NCBI GenBank assembly: GCA_943788135.1 | Contig: CALSPC010000010.1 | Coordinates: forward strand, 7,848-71,847 | Source of the DNA: an uncultured Rhodobacteraceae bacterium | Lineage (GTDB): Bacteria > Bacteroidota > Bacteroidia > Flavobacteriales > Flavobacteriaceae | Reading direction: 5' to 3' | DNA length: 64,000 bases | Part shown: positions 1 to 11,194 of the stretch, one piece after another | Numbering within the stretch: position 1 is the first letter of the stretch | Layout: each line of letters starts with the position of its first letter | Notes under the pieces: model-generated | Told to the model about the DNA's origin: nothing | What the model saw: only the letters and a program-made list of their open reading frames with translations | Databases searched by the model: none | Translations under genes and position numbers: made by a program

Positions 1-218
1 CTCTAAGCTAATTAGTGTGCTTTTATCGGTTTTGTATACTTTTACTGGTTCTGGTTGTTTCATGTGTTGGTCATCATTCTGCTTCGTAATACGAGGAGTT
101 AAATTACTTGGTTAATCATTACGAAAGTACTTAAAAAATAAGGATAAGTGCCTTTAAACAGTAACGTGTACTCCACAATTGAACTGTTTATAAGTCAAAA
201 ATATTGTTGATAAGCATT

Positions 219-255
219 AAAAAAGTCAAGTAAACTACTTGACTTTTATTTTTTC
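219..255. terminator. Hairpin terminator just past the accA stop, usable in both directions
   Basis: AAGTCAAGT (223-231) pairs with ACTTGACTT (237-245) around a 5-nt loop. An A-run lies on one side and TTTTATTTTTT on the other. Confidence 0.6.
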
Positions 256-272
256 TAGAAGAGCGCTGTTTG

Positions 273-1226
273 TTAATCATTGAAAACACCCATTTGAGCG
301 TACTTTTCCATGCGTTGATCTACTAATTCTTTTGGTGATAAGTTTTTAAATTCATTGTACGATTTCACTATAGTATTGGAAACCGACCTAAAGGTTTGTT
401 CGCGATCTTTGTGTGCACCACCAAGTGGTTCTTTCACAATTTCATCAACCAATTTCATACGCTTCATATCTTTAGCTGTAAGTTTTAAAGCTTCTGCAGC
501 TTGTTCTTTATATTCCCAACTTCTCCATAAAATAGAAGAACATGATTCAGGGGAAATCACAGAATACCAAGTATTTTCTAACATCAAAACTTTGTCTCCA
601 ACCCCTATTCCAAGAGCACCTCCAGATGCACCTTCGCCAATAATAATGGTGATAATTGGTACTTTCAAGCGTGTCATTTCAAGAATATTTCGTGCGATAG
701 CCTCGCCTTGACCACGTTCTTCAGCTTCAAGCCCAGGATAAGCACCAGGAGTATCAATAAGAGAAACGACTGGAATCCCAAATTTTTCAGCTGACTTCAT
801 CAAACGCAATGCTTTTCGATAACCTTCTGGATTAGCCATACCAAAGTTTCGATATTGTCTTGTTTTGGTATTATAGCCTTTTTGTTGACCTATAAACATA
901 AAGCTTTGATCTCCAATTTTCCCTAATCCACCAATCATCGCTTTGTCATCTTTAAAATTACGATCGCCGTGAAGTTCTAAAAAAGAATCGCCACATATAG
1001 CATTGATATAGTCTAAAGTATAGGGACGGTCCGGATGTCTTGACAACTGTACTCGTTGCCATGGTGTTAAGTTTTTATAAATTTCTTTTTTGGCAATTTC
1101 AAGTTTGTTTTGAATCTGAACACAAGTTTCAGAAACATCAACATCACTTTCTTTTCCAATAATTTGACACTTTTGTAATTGATCTTCTAGTTCCTTAATA
1201 GGTAACTCAAACTCTAGATATTCCAT
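273..1226 (-). CDS. accA: Acetyl-CoA carboxylase carboxyltransferase alpha subunit
   Basis: The 317-aa ORF has typical AccA length and motifs ([28 protein letters not shown]). Confidence 0.9.
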   Translation of the reverse strand: MEYLEFELPIKELEDQLQKCQIIGKESDVDVSETCVQIQNKLEIAKKEIYKNLTPWQRVQLSRHPDRPYTLDYINAICGDSFLELHGDRNFKDDKAMIGGLGKIGDQSFMFIGQQKGYNTKTRQYRNFGMANPEGYRKALRLMKSAEKFGIPVVSLIDTPGAYPGLEAEERGQGEAIARNILEMTRLKVPIITIIIGEGASGGALGIGVGDKVLMLENTWYSVISPESCSSILWRSWEYKEQAAEALKLTAKDMKRMKLVDEIVKEPLGGAHKDREQTFRSVSNTIVKSYNEFKNLSPKELVDQRMEKYAQMGVFND

Positions 1227-1290
1227 AGAAATTCAAGATTAATGTTAGTTAGTTAGTTGGCAAATATAAAACTTTAATAGATTTCAAGGG

Positions 1291-2178
1291 TTAGATTTTG
1301 AGTTTATTGATGTTTTTAAACACGGCATTAAGAAGTACTGTTGAAATTATAAGAGCTGCCCCGATATAAAACATAGGTTGCATGGTTTCCGTCTCTGGAA
1401 ATAATAGTAGTGCTAATAAAATACCGTATATAGGTTCTATATTATAAGTGAGAACTAAGGTGTATGGGGTAATGTGTTTCATCACGTGAACAGAAGCTAT
1501 AAAAGCATAGGCTGTACATATGGACGCTAGAATAAATACGTATAGCCAATCAGAATTTGAGAGTTGAAAGTAGGTTTTATCAAATCCGTTCCCCGTAAAG
1601 GCAATAAAAATAGAGATGAAAATAACACCGCTTACAAATTCATAGAATGAAATGACGCTCGGTTTATAGTGTTCTACAAATTTCCCGTTTAGCACTGCAA
1701 ATAGTGTTGAAAATAAGGCTGAAGTGATTCCAAGTGCAATCCCTAAAATATATTTTAACTCTGCTTGAGTTATTAAGACTATTCCAATTATAACAATACA
1801 TCCAAATATGATTTCATAACCAATAATTTTACGTTTATAAAATAACGGCTCTATAAAGGACGCAAAAAATGCACCTGTAGAAAACATTGCTAAGGCAATT
1901 GAGATGTTTGCTACTTTGATGGCAGCAAAAAAAGTAATCCAATGCAAGGCAATAATGATTCCGGCAATCGAAAATCTGGCAATCGCTCTTAGCGGGACTT
2001 TAAGGGATATTTTTTTGAGTTTAATAAATATAAACATTAGCAATCCAGCAATGGTCATTCTATACCAAACTAAGGGTGTGGCTTCTAGTGAAATTAATTC
2101 CCCTAGAATAGCTGTAAACCCAGCGATTAGCACCAACAAATGTAGGTGCAAATAGTTTATAAGTTTAACGTTTTGCAT
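1291..2178 (-). CDS. EamA/DMT-family membrane permease
   Basis: The 295-aa protein is hydrophobic throughout with about 10 predicted TM segments in a duplicated EamA-like layout. Confidence 0.7.
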   Translation of the reverse strand: MQNVKLINYLHLHLLVLIAGFTAILGELISLEATPLVWYRMTIAGLLMFIFIKLKKISLKVPLRAIARFSIAGIIIALHWITFFAAIKVANISIALAMFSTGAFFASFIEPLFYKRKIIGYEIIFGCIVIIGIVLITQAELKYILGIALGITSALFSTLFAVLNGKFVEHYKPSVISFYEFVSGVIFISIFIAFTGNGFDKTYFQLSNSDWLYVFILASICTAYAFIASVHVMKHITPYTLVLTYNIEPIYGILLALLLFPETETMQPMFYIGAALIISTVLLNAVFKNINKLKI

Positions 2179-3238
2179 TGTACAATAAGTAAATTGCTAA
2201 GCCGCCAAAAACAATATTAGGAAACCAAACAGCCAAAAGTGGGGAGAAATCAGATTGTTCGGCCATAACGCCGAATACTTTATCAAAAAACACATAAATC
2301 ATGGCAATAACCACTCCAAAAGCTAAGTTGACACCCATACCACCACGACGTTTTATGGATGAAACGGCTACGGCTATAATTGTGAGTATAAATACTGAAA
2401 CAGGAAGACTCCATTTTCTATACTGCACAACTCTGTAGCGGTTAATATTAGAGGAACCTCGAAGTTCTTCTCTAGCGATAAAAGTCATCAACTCGTTATA
2501 GGTTAATGTTTCAGCAACATACTTTGGAGGCGTTAAATCTTGTAAATCAAAACCAAATATGGTGTCTTTTTTACGACTAAACTCCAATTGATCATCGTTT
2601 TCCCCAATGATTCTAAGATTATAATTTGTCAATTGATACGTACTGTCTTTTTCTATAAAGCGTATCGCAGAAGCATGAATTTTATAAGCTAACTTGTTGC
2701 CCTCAAAATGTTCAAGCGTGAAATTATTTCCACGTTTTCTTTTGAGATCAAAATTGCTAACATAAATATAATCGTTATCATTTATTTGACGGTAAATGTG
2801 CTGTGTTTCTGTGACTTTGGTATTTTTTAAATATTTATATGTAAACTCATTAAAACCTTTACTTGCCATAGGTGCCCAATACATGCCTAACATCAAGGCT
2901 AAAGTCGCCACAATCGTAGCGCCAATTAGATAAGGTCTTAGAAACCGTGCAAAAGATACACCTGAACTTAAAAAGGCTACAATTTCTGTATTATTTGCCA
3001 GTTTGGACGTAAACCAAATTACAGAAAGAAATAGAAATAGCGGGAATAGTAGTGTGGCAAAATAAATCGTGAAATCAAAATAATAAGACGCTACCTCCTC
3101 AAAAGGAACTTCATTTTCTAAAATTCGATCAATTTTTTCGGCAAGATTTGCGGTAATTCCAATCGGAATGAACAGCAATAACATCATAAAAAATGTAAAC
3201 AAATACCGTTTTAATATATACCAATCTAATATTTTCAT
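2165..3238 (-). CDS. LptF/LptG (YjgP/YjgQ) family permease
   Basis: The 357-aa protein has 3 N-terminal TM helices, a central soluble beta-rich domain and 3 C-terminal TM helices, as in LptF/G. Confidence 0.75.
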   Translation of the reverse strand: MKILDWYILKRYLFTFFMMLLLFIPIGITANLAEKIDRILENEVPFEEVASYYFDFTIYFATLLFPLFLFLSVIWFTSKLANNTEIVAFLSSGVSFARFLRPYLIGATIVATLALMLGMYWAPMASKGFNEFTYKYLKNTKVTETQHIYRQINDNDYIYVSNFDLKRKRGNNFTLEHFEGNKLAYKIHASAIRFIEKDSTYQLTNYNLRIIGENDDQLEFSRKKDTIFGFDLQDLTPPKYVAETLTYNELMTFIAREELRGSSNINRYRVVQYRKWSLPVSVFILTIIAVAVSSIKRRGGMGVNLAFGVVIAMIYVFFDKVFGVMAEQSDFSPLLAVWFPNIVFGGLAIYLLYNAKR

Positions 3239-3242
3239 AGGC

Positions 3243-4373
3243 TTATAAGCGATTATCCATTTGCTTTACCATCATAGCTTTCCATGTGCCAAAATCGCCA
3301 GCTAAAATATGTTTTCTAGCTTCTCGTGTTAGCCACAAGTAAAACCCTAAGTTATGAATTGTGGCGATTTGTTTTCCTAATAATTCGTTAACTGTAAATA
3401 AATGTTTTAAATAAGCTTTAGAATATTCGGTATCTACAAATGTAATTCCCATAGGATCAATAGGCGAAAAATCGTCTTTCCACTTTAGGTTCTTAATGTT
3501 TATGGAGCCATGAGCCGTAAATAACATGCCATTTCTGGCATTTCGGGTTGGCATCACACAATCAAACATATCAACGCCTAAGGCAATATTTTCAAGAATA
3601 TTAATTGGTGTGCCTACACCCATTAAGTAGCGGGGTTTATCTTCTGGCAAAATTTCACACACAACATCGGTCATCGCATACATTTCATCAGCAGGTTCAC
3701 CAACAGATAAACCGCCTATGGCATTTCCGACGGCTCCTGAATTTGCAATATATTCTGCCGACTGTCGTCTTAAGTCTTTATAGGTACTACCTTGAACTAT
3801 CGGAAAAAAGGCTTGATCAAAATCATATTTTAGGGGCGTTTTGTCAAGATGATTGATACAACGCTCTAACCAACGGTGTGTCATATGCATCGATCGTTTT
3901 GCATAGTTATAATCGCAAGGATAAGGCGTACATTCATCAAAAGCCATGATAATATCTGCTCCGATACTGCGCTGAATTTCCATTACATTTTCAGGGGTAA
4001 ATGTATGCATACTCCCATCAATATGACTTTTAAATTTAACTCCTTCTTCTTTGATTTTGCGATTTGCAGAAAGTGAATACACTTGATAACCTCCCGAATC
4101 CGTTAAAATATTCCGATCCCAATTCATAAATTTATGAAGTCCTCCGGCTTTTTCTAACACCTCAACTTGTGGTCGTAGAAATAAGTGATAGGTATTTGCT
4201 AAAATCACATCAGGATTGATATCATTTTTGAGTTCACGTTGGTGTACACCTTTTACAGTACCTACAGTCCCTACGGGCATAAAAATTGGAGTTTCAATAA
4301 CACCATGATCTGTTGTTATTGTAGCTGCTCGTGCTTTAGTTTCGGTGTCTTTTTTTAATAAATCGAATTTCAA
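3243..4373 (-). CDS. tgt: Queuine tRNA-ribosyltransferase
   Basis: The 376-aa protein carries LTDSGGYQV, MAFDECTPYP and FDCVMPTRNARNG motifs typical of bacterial Tgt. Confidence 0.92.
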   Translation of the reverse strand: MKFDLLKKDTETKARAATITTDHGVIETPIFMPVGTVGTVKGVHQRELKNDINPDVILANTYHLFLRPQVEVLEKAGGLHKFMNWDRNILTDSGGYQVYSLSANRKIKEEGVKFKSHIDGSMHTFTPENVMEIQRSIGADIIMAFDECTPYPCDYNYAKRSMHMTHRWLERCINHLDKTPLKYDFDQAFFPIVQGSTYKDLRRQSAEYIANSGAVGNAIGGLSVGEPADEMYAMTDVVCEILPEDKPRYLMGVGTPINILENIALGVDMFDCVMPTRNARNGMLFTAHGSINIKNLKWKDDFSPIDPMGITFVDTEYSKAYLKHLFTVNELLGKQIATIHNLGFYLWLTREARKHILAGDFGTWKAMMVKQMDNRL

Positions 4374-4458
4374 ATTCTTAAATTACATGGTTAATGGTAC
4401 AATTTTTAAGGATATAAAGAACAACGCTATTTACCCTTGTACAAAATTTTTGTTGCAA

Positions 4459-5028
4459 TTATTTAGTGGCGCGTGGTTTGTAGTTGATCAGATAGTCTCC
4501 CTTGGGCTTACCCTCATCAAAGGAGCTCCCTTTTAATAGTAAACGTGTTTGTTCTCGAGCTTCTTGGTTACTCCAACCCTCATACTCTATTCGATAAATT
4601 GCTGAAAACATCTGTGCACGTCCCACGCCATGATAGCAGTGTATTAATACGGGGTAATTATCTGGGTCGTCCATGATTTGCAAAAATTCATCTACGGTGT
4701 CTTGTGTTGGCACTTGATCGGTTCCTAAGTTAAAATAGCTTACTCCCTCAAGCTTTTCTACAGCTTCTTTTTCAGCGGTGAGCTCTTCTGGAATTTCTGG
4801 GTTATTAACTTTGTCTTTGGTATGTGGAAAACGGAGATCAATCACACTATTGATGCTATGATCTTTAATATAGCCCGCAATTTTATTGGGTGGAATTACT
4901 CCAGATTTATAGACTTTGTTTTCTGAAATTTCTTTAAAATTATAATTGAAGTGAACATCGTAAACATATTTTGAAACGCCTAGCAGAATCAGACCTAAAA
5001 GAAGAAGTAGAATTTTTTTTCTCATCAC
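4459..5028 (-). CDS. Membrane-anchored Cys-based (dual-specificity/tyrosine) protein phosphatase
   Basis: It has an N-terminal TM/signal anchor and an HCX5R P-loop (HCYHGVGRA). Confidence 0.7.
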   Translation of the reverse strand: MMRKKILLLLLGLILLGVSKYVYDVHFNYNFKEISENKVYKSGVIPPNKIAGYIKDHSINSVIDLRFPHTKDKVNNPEIPEELTAEKEAVEKLEGVSYFNLGTDQVPTQDTVDEFLQIMDDPDNYPVLIHCYHGVGRAQMFSAIYRIEYEGWSNQEAREQTRLLLKGSSFDEGKPKGDYLINYKPRATK

Positions 5029-5159
5029 TATTAAATTTTAATTATAAATTTCTATCAACAATTCTTTCAAAATAATCTTTTAAAAATGCTTTACACTTAA
5101 GTTCAACAGCATCCATTTCAGCTGTTCGATTGGAAATTAAATTTGTTTCTAATCCTAAA

Positions 5160-6968
5160 TCATTGATCGTCATAAAAACCTACAGCTTTTACGCCGTCAA
5201 ATATACAAATTATATTGCCCTCAGAATACATGTAATTTTGTCCAATAAAACTAACTACAAAAGGATCCATTTTAGAGGGTTTTTCTGAAACCAGGCTTCG
5301 CCCCCAACTTCTAAACGGTTTGTTGTAACCGACCATGTCAATGATGGTAGGATAGATGTCTATTTGCTGCGCTAACTCAGATTTAACACCTGTAAATTCA
5401 CCATTTGGGCTATAAATCATAATAGGTACAGCCAAGCGATTCATTAGCTTTCGATATTCACTATACCTTATTTGATTGGAGTGATCAGCAGTAATAATAA
5501 AAATAGTATTCTGAAACCAAGGCTCTTTTTTAGCTGCTTCAAAAAATTGTTTAAACGCAAAATCTGTATAGCCCACACACTGATGCATTGGCACATCACC
5601 TTTAGGGAATACGCCTTCATATTCCTTAGGAATAATGTAGGGTTCATGAGAAGTGACTGTAAAAATAGTAGAAAAAAACGGGGTTGTTTTGGTATCTAAA
5701 GTGGTTTTCATAAACTGAAAAAAGGGATCATCCCAAATTCCCCAAACACCATCAAACAAGGCATCGTTATTAAATTCTGTTTTTCCATAATAATTATCAA
5801 ACCCTAGAATATTTGAAAACCCTAGAAACCCCATTGAACCATTCGGTGCCCCATGAAAAAAAGAGGTGTCATAGCCTTCAGAATTTAAAATTGAAACCAC
5901 AGACTCAATGTCCTGATTAGCATATGGAGAGGAGGTAAAAGCATCTTTAAAAGATGGAATTCCCGCCAAAACCGAAGACATTCCATGTATTGATTTTCTT
6001 CCGTTTGCATAGGCTTTGTTAAAGATCAAACTCTTGGTGGCAAGAGAATCTAAAAAAGGTGTATAGCTAACATAGTCTTTAATTTGAGTGGGGTCATTAA
6101 AAGCTCCAATATATTCTCTACCATAGCTTTCTGTAATAAAGACAACTATATTGGGTTTGTTTTTTACGGTATTTGGATACGCTTTTAGAGGTTGAACTAA
6201 ACGATCTACTTCGGGTTTTTTGAGATCATAAGAAACTTTTTTAAATGTTTTTTTATTGAAAGTTCTAATAATTGTAAAAGGTGTATTTAATATAAAATCG
6301 GCATGTTGAATTTTGGACGTATGTCTGTTAGCATCTACCAAATTGATGGGACGCGTACTTTTTCTAAAATCGCCTCGGATGCCGCCTACCATTAATGTGA
6401 TCATAAGCAGAAAACATGCTACAGAAGTTAGCACATATGACAACACCCCTTTTGAGTAGGGTTTTGTACTAATTTTCACCTTTTTGTAAAGAACTATCCA
6501 CACAACTGTGGTTAGAATAAATAACAAAAAAACATGCCAATAACTTACTGCAAAACGGGCAAACATTTCAAAACGATTATCTTCGTTTTTAACCACATCC
6601 CATTCAGAGATAGTTGTTCTATTATAATTAAATTTATAATAGATTAAATCCACAAAATTAAAAGACATCCCTATCAAATTTGTAGTGAAGTACACGTAAA
6701 AAATGATTTTCTGGTAAATCTTATGCGTATTTATTACGAAAGGAAGCATTGAAAGTAACACAAATAAGCTATTTAGATAAAAAATAGCTGCAGTATCAAA
6801 TGCAAGACCATGATAACTTAGTTTCAGATATTCAACTACTGAGTCAATTTCTAAAAAGGAATAATTATAAATAAAAAATAAAAAACGACTAAAAGCATAC
6901 ATTAAATAAACTAATAAAAGCCTATAAATCAATACTTTATATTCTTGTACTCTAAAAAATTGTTGCAT
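5160..6968 (-). CDS. LTA-synthase/phosphoglycerol-transferase-like sulfatase-family membrane protein
   Basis: The 602-aa protein has an N-terminal multi-TM block followed by an alkaline-phosphatase/sulfatase-type domain (VVFITESYGRE, ITADHS). Confidence 0.7.
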   Translation of the reverse strand: MQQFFRVQEYKVLIYRLLLVYLMYAFSRFLFFIYNYSFLEIDSVVEYLKLSYHGLAFDTAAIFYLNSLFVLLSMLPFVINTHKIYQKIIFYVYFTTNLIGMSFNFVDLIYYKFNYNRTTISEWDVVKNEDNRFEMFARFAVSYWHVFLLFILTTVVWIVLYKKVKISTKPYSKGVLSYVLTSVACFLLMITLMVGGIRGDFRKSTRPINLVDANRHTSKIQHADFILNTPFTIIRTFNKKTFKKVSYDLKKPEVDRLVQPLKAYPNTVKNKPNIVVFITESYGREYIGAFNDPTQIKDYVSYTPFLDSLATKSLIFNKAYANGRKSIHGMSSVLAGIPSFKDAFTSSPYANQDIESVVSILNSEGYDTSFFHGAPNGSMGFLGFSNILGFDNYYGKTEFNNDALFDGVWGIWDDPFFQFMKTTLDTKTTPFFSTIFTVTSHEPYIIPKEYEGVFPKGDVPMHQCVGYTDFAFKQFFEAAKKEPWFQNTIFIITADHSNQIRYSEYRKLMNRLAVPIMIYSPNGEFTGVKSELAQQIDIYPTIIDMVGYNKPFRSWGRSLVSEKPSKMDPFVVSFIGQNYMYSEGNIICIFDGVKAVGFYDDQ

Positions 6969-7146
6969 TAAAAATAATTCAAAAATAAGTGTAAAAATAG
7001 CAAAGAAATTACACTTATAAACACTTGATATGCATTATTATAAATTGTTAGTTAAATTGTAAAAAATACAAGGTTAAATACTTCATCTCTTTAAAATTAA
7101 AATTATCTTTGAAAATCATTTTTTTTAACATCTAAAACATTAGGCA

Positions 7147-7989
7147 ATGTCTAACACTAATTTACAGGATTTAACAACTCAAGTTCGTAGGGATATTTTA
7201 CGAATGGTTCACAAAGTGAATTCCGGTCACCCCGGTGGTTCATTAGGCTGCACAGAATTTCTTGTGGCACTTTACACAACAATCATGGATCGCAAAGAAG
7301 GCTTTGATATGGATGGCCATAACGAAGATTTATTTTTTCTATCGAACGGACATATTTCGCCCGTATTTTATAGTGTATTAGCGCACTCAGGATATTTTCC
7401 AGTTGAAGAGTTAAATACATTCAGATTGTTAAACTCTAGATTGCAGGGACACCCGACCACACACGAAGGACTTCCTGGAGTTCGAATTGCCTCTGGATCT
7501 TTAGGTCAAGGACTTTCAGTTGCTTTAGGTGCTGCCCAAGCAAAAAAATTAAATAATGATTCGCATCTCATATATAGTCTTCATGGCGATGGCGAACTTC
7601 AAGAAGGACAAAATTGGGAAGCTATCATGTATGCTTCTGCAAAAAATGTAGATAATATTATTGCCACTATTGATTTAAATGGAAAACAAATTGATGGTAC
7701 AACAGACGATGTATTAGCAATGGGAAGTATCAAAGGCAAGTTTGAAGCATTTGATTGGACTGTTATTGAAATCGAAAACGGTAACGATCTTGATGCTATA
7801 TTAGACGGTATGGCGAGGGCTAAATCTGCAACAGGAAAAGGAAAACCTGTATGTGTTCTTTTAAAAACTATGATGGGTAATGGTGTCGATTTCATGATGC
7901 ATACGCATGCATGGCACGGCAAAGCGCCTAATGATGACCAATTAGAAAATGCATTAAACCAAAATCCAGAAACTTTAGGCGATTATTAA
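7147..7989 (+). CDS. Transketolase, N-terminal (TPP-binding) subunit
   Basis: The 280-aa protein carries GHPGGSLG and [15 protein letters not shown] thiamine-diphosphate motifs. The split tkt arrangement is common in Bacteroidota. Confidence 0.9.
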   Translation: MSNTNLQDLTTQVRRDILRMVHKVNSGHPGGSLGCTEFLVALYTTIMDRKEGFDMDGHNEDLFFLSNGHISPVFYSVLAHSGYFPVEELNTFRLLNSRLQGHPTTHEGLPGVRIASGSLGQGLSVALGAAQAKKLNNDSHLIYSLHGDGELQEGQNWEAIMYASAKNVDNIIATIDLNGKQIDGTTDDVLAMGSIKGKFEAFDWTVIEIENGNDLDAILDGMARAKSATGKGKPVCVLLKTMMGNGVDFMMHTHAWHGKAPNDDQLENALNQNPETLGDY

Positions 7990-8008
7990 ATTCAAAACCA
8001 ACAATACG

Positions 8009-8962
8009 ATGAAAACTTATACATATACAGAAAAAAAAGATACGAGAAGTGGTTTTGGAGCTGGCCTTACAGAACTCGGAAGAACCAACCCAAATGTAGT
8101 CGCACTTTGTGCAGATCTTATTGGATCTCTCAAAATGAATCAATTTATTGAAGAAAATCCAGAACGTTTTTTCCAAATTGGTATTGCTGAAGCCAATATG
8201 ATGTCTATTGCTGCTGGTTTAACCATTGGTGGTAAGATCCCTTTTACAGGAACTTTTGCTAACTTTTCGACTGGTCGTGTTTATGACCAAATTAGACAAT
8301 CAATTGCCTATTCTGATAAGAATGTAAAAATTTGTGCCTCACATGCAGGTCTTACCCTTGGCGAAGATGGTGCTACACACCAAATTTTAGAAGATATTGG
8401 ATTAATGAAAATGCTTCCTGGCATGGTGGTTATCAATACTTGTGACTACAACCAAACCAAAGCAGCAACTATTGCCATAGCAGACTATGAAGGTCCCGTA
8501 TATTTACGATTTGGAAGACCAGCTGTACCTATTTTTACACCAGCAGATCAAGTGTTTGAAATTGGAAAAGCGATTCAACTTCAAGAGGGGTCAGACGTAA
8601 CAATCGTTGCAACTGGACATCTCGTTTGGGAAGCACTAGAAGCTGCAAAAGTATTGTATGAACAAGGCATTTCCGCAGATGTCATTAATATCCATACGAT
8701 CAAACCTTTAGATGATAAAGCAATACTAGCGTCTGTCAAAAAGACCGGTTGTATTGTCACTGCAGAAGAACACAACCATCTTGGTGGCTTAGGTGAAAGC
8801 GTAGCAAGAACCTTAGCACTTCACCATCCAACGCCTCAAGAATTTGTGGCAACGGATGATACCTTTGGTGAATCGGGAACTCCTGCACAACTGATGGAAA
8901 AATATGGCCTTAATAGCGACAGTATTGTAGCAAAAGCCCTTAAAGTAATTAAGAGAAAGTAA
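8009..8962 (+). CDS. Transketolase, C-terminal (pyrimidine-binding) subunit
   Basis: The 317-aa ORF lies immediately after the N-terminal subunit and carries [13 protein letters not shown] and GEDGATHQ motifs. Confidence 0.9.
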   Translation: MKTYTYTEKKDTRSGFGAGLTELGRTNPNVVALCADLIGSLKMNQFIEENPERFFQIGIAEANMMSIAAGLTIGGKIPFTGTFANFSTGRVYDQIRQSIAYSDKNVKICASHAGLTLGEDGATHQILEDIGLMKMLPGMVVINTCDYNQTKAATIAIADYEGPVYLRFGRPAVPIFTPADQVFEIGKAIQLQEGSDVTIVATGHLVWEALEAAKVLYEQGISADVINIHTIKPLDDKAILASVKKTGCIVTAEEHNHLGGLGESVARTLALHHPTPQEFVATDDTFGESGTPAQLMEKYGLNSDSIVAKALKVIKRK

Positions 8963-8984
8963 GGTCAAATACCAATAATAACAT

Positions 8985-9016
8985 GAAAAAAGACTCGCAA
9001 ATGCGAGTCTTTTTCT
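8985..9016. terminator. Bidirectional hairpin terminator between convergent genes
   Basis: AGACTCGC (8991-8998) pairs with GCGAGTCT (9003-9010) around an AAAT loop. An A-run precedes it and a T-run follows. Confidence 0.7.
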
Positions 9017-9038
9017 TATATGTATTTGAACGTTTTAC

Positions 9039-10064
9039 CTATTCTATTGGATCAGATTCTGTAGCATCTAAATAATTAGGTACATCATTGCCGTTGGTAT
9101 CCACTAAAGTAACACGATTAGCACTGTAAGAACCATCTGTATTTTGTTTTATAGGAGATAAAAATTGGTTACTAGTCAACTCTAGTGCATCTAATTGAGT
9201 TTGAAGCGCAGCTCTAGAGGGTTCACTGTAGGACTCGGTTTTTATTTCATCTGCCGTTATTGTACCATCACCATCATCATCTTGGTCTATAAAATTTGGA
9301 AATGTATTAGCATCTTTATCGTCGTTAAATAAATCATTATCCAAGTTAACATCTTCTAAATATGAAGGAATTCCATCAGAATCATGATCATTTGTTTCTG
9401 ATTGCATTAATTCAAACTTAAATATTAAATTTGAATAGGAAGGTATGCTTGTTTGAGAGGTGGAATAATAGCCTAAACCTGAGGGTAAAAACATAACGCC
9501 CATTCCATAACCGTCAAAAGAAACTGTACCATCTGAATTCGAAGCAAAAGAACTAGCCACATTAAAATGTGGTATGGCGCGACTCCAACCTGCTACTACA
9601 TACACCAAGTCGAATACAACAGGTGTAGAAGAGCGATCAAATTCAGTTCCATCCATAAGAAATCCAGAATAATTAACACGTACTTTATCAGAAAACATAG
9701 GCGAAACAGCCCCTTCTCCTTGTTTGATATTTAAAATATAATACTCGTATTCGACCTCTGAATAGGTCGTTGATTTGGTCTCAACAGCTGATATTAAAAG
9801 GGTTGCATCAGAAGGTATTGTTTCGCCTTCTAGAAGTTCAGTAATCTCAAGGTCATCAATAGTTGGATTTTCCATGGCATTAACTTCCGCAGCATTATAA
9901 TAATGTGTGTTCAGGTAATTTTCAAGAGCAGCGGCATCCTCGACTTGTTGCTCAGTACGGTCATTTTCAGGAATAACTGTGACAGTCTCTTCCTCATCTT
10001 CGTTACAAGCCATTATATTGATAAACACTGTAGAAATGAAAAGCAGCTTAAATATATTGTTCAT
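9039..10064 (-). CDS. FKBP-type peptidyl-prolyl isomerase lipoprotein with acidic Ca-binding-like (DxDxDG) C-terminal repeats
   Basis: A lipoprotein signal (FINIMAC) follows the internal Met at 10064. An FKBP-like core is present (VRVNYSGFLMDGTEFDRS ... VAGWSRAIP). The tail carries DHDSDGIPSY and DQDDDGDG motifs. Confidence 0.65.
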   Translation of the reverse strand: MNNIFKLLFISTVFINIMACNEDEEETVTVIPENDRTEQQVEDAAALENYLNTHYYNAAEVNAMENPTIDDLEITELLEGETIPSDATLLISAVETKSTTYSEVEYEYYILNIKQGEGAVSPMFSDKVRVNYSGFLMDGTEFDRSSTPVVFDLVYVVAGWSRAIPHFNVASSFASNSDGTVSFDGYGMGVMFLPSGLGYYSTSQTSIPSYSNLIFKFELMQSETNDHDSDGIPSYLEDVNLDNDLFNDDKDANTFPNFIDQDDDGDGTITADEIKTESYSEPSRAALQTQLDALELTSNQFLSPIKQNTDGSYSANRVTLVDTNGNDVPNYLDATESDPIE

Positions 10065-10228
10065 GTATTTATTTTTATTAGTTGTGATAGACCTCATTTT
10101 ATAGTCGTTAAGCATTCTCTTGATTGTCGAATTTTAGGAATGAAACATTCATTCCTCTGTAATTAGTGGTGCAAGATACAATATTATAGTATTTTTGTAT
10201 AATACATTAACGTTGTTTTAAACATTTT

Positions 10229-10609
10229 ATGAGAATCGATAAATATTTATGGTGCGTTCGTTATTTCAAAACTCGAAATAGCGCCTCTACGGCTTGTAAA
10301 AAAGGACATGTCAGAGTAAATGACGTGATTGCAAAGCCTAGCAGAGAACTATTCCCTACGGATAAATTAGTGGTTCGAATTAATCAGATAAACTACCAAT
10401 TGACAGTTTTGGATATACCTCCTAGTAGAGTTGGCGCTAAACTTGTGGATATTTATAGGATGGATACCACCCCTAAATCCGAATTTGAAGCACAAGAGCT
10501 TTTAAAATATTCTAAAGATTATTATCGTCAAAAAGGTGAAGGGCGTCCCACTAAAAAAGACCGCAGAGAAATTGATGGTTATTTAGATAATGGTGAAAGC
10601 GCGGAATAA
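10229..10609 (+). CDS. S4-domain RNA-binding protein (Hsp15-like)
   Basis: The 126-aa protein has an N-terminal S4 motif (RIDKYLWCVRYFKTRNSA). Confidence 0.75.
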   Translation: MRIDKYLWCVRYFKTRNSASTACKKGHVRVNDVIAKPSRELFPTDKLVVRINQINYQLTVLDIPPSRVGAKLVDIYRMDTTPKSEFEAQELLKYSKDYYRQKGEGRPTKKDRREIDGYLDNGESAE

Positions 10610-10690
10610 TGTTCGCTGCAATTCAAAAAGTTTAAATACGATCATGAGAGAATAAAAAACAGTTTTTTTATATTTGAACAAACAAATACT

Positions 10691-11194
10691 ATGGAGTTAA
10701 TTGAGAATTGCATTTTGAATCACGACCAAATAAATCATAAAATAAAACGCATTGCGTATCAAATTTATGAAGCTAATGTTGAAGAACAAGAAATTATTCT
10801 TGCAGGCATAGAATCAAACGGTTATGTATTTGCAAAAAAGTTAAGAAGCGCCATGCAAAAAATTTGTGATATTGATCCCCTATTATGTAAAGTCATCATT
10901 GATAAAAATAATCCAACTAGTCCTATTACAACAACACTTAAAGAGAACGAATATACCAGCAAATCGCTAGTGTTAGTAGATGACGTTTTAAATTCTGGGA
11001 CAACCTTAATATATGGCGTAAAACATTTTTTAGATGTGCCTCTAAAACAATTTAAAACTGCAGTTCTTGTGAATCGGAATCATAAAAAATATCCTGTGAA
11101 AGCGGATTTTAAAGGCATTTCTTTATCAACATCAATAAATGAACACATTAGTGTGGTGTTTTCAGGCAAAAACACAAGGGTTATTTTGGAGTAA
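10691..11194 (+). CDS. Phosphoribosyltransferase-family protein (PyrR-like)
   Basis: The 167-aa protein has a PRPP-binding loop (LVLVDDVLNSGTT). Confidence 0.7.
   Translation: MELIENCILNHDQINHKIKRIAYQIYEANVEEQEIILAGIESNGYVFAKKLRSAMQKICDIDPLLCKVIIDKNNPTSPITTTLKENEYTSKSLVLVDDVLNSGTTLIYGVKHFLDVPLKQFKTAVLVNRNHKKYPVKADFKGISLSTSINEHISVVFSGKNTRVILE

Noticed and set aside
1-62. Possible start of a minus-strand gene (ATG at 62-60, MKQPEPVKVYKTDKSTLISLE...) running off the left edge.
   Set aside because: Only 20 codons are visible and there is no recognisable motif, so it is too little to support a feature call.
355-711. Antisense or alternative-frame ORFs inside housekeeping genes. Examples: 355-711 in accA; 3605-4076 in tgt; 7599-7922 in tkt; 18638-18976 in acn; 25179-26267 in guaB; 15690-15884 in crtZ; 16261-16675 in the cyclase; 60427-60696 in trpE; 62395-62616 in trpC; 63208-63408 in trpF.
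   Set aside because: Each overlaps a gene with clear conserved motifs on the other strand or frame, and none shows recognisable motifs of its own.
5043-5117. Small minus-strand ORF (MDAVELKCKAFLKDYFERIVDRNL) in the spacer between the sulfatase-like gene and the phosphatase gene.
   Set aside because: It is 24 codons with no promoter or conservation evidence available. Chance ORFs of this size are expected.
6988-7017. An 8-bp inverted repeat (AAGTGTAA ... TTACACTT) between the divergent sulfatase-like gene and the transketolase gene.
   Set aside because: It is a short AT-rich palindrome with a 14-nt spacer and no second copy or known consensus. It could easily arise by chance.
11181-11194. 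A 14-bp tail-to-tail overlap of the phosphoribosyltransferase gene and aroK.
   Set aside because: Convergent stop-region overlaps are common in compact bacterial genomes, and no further signal was seen.
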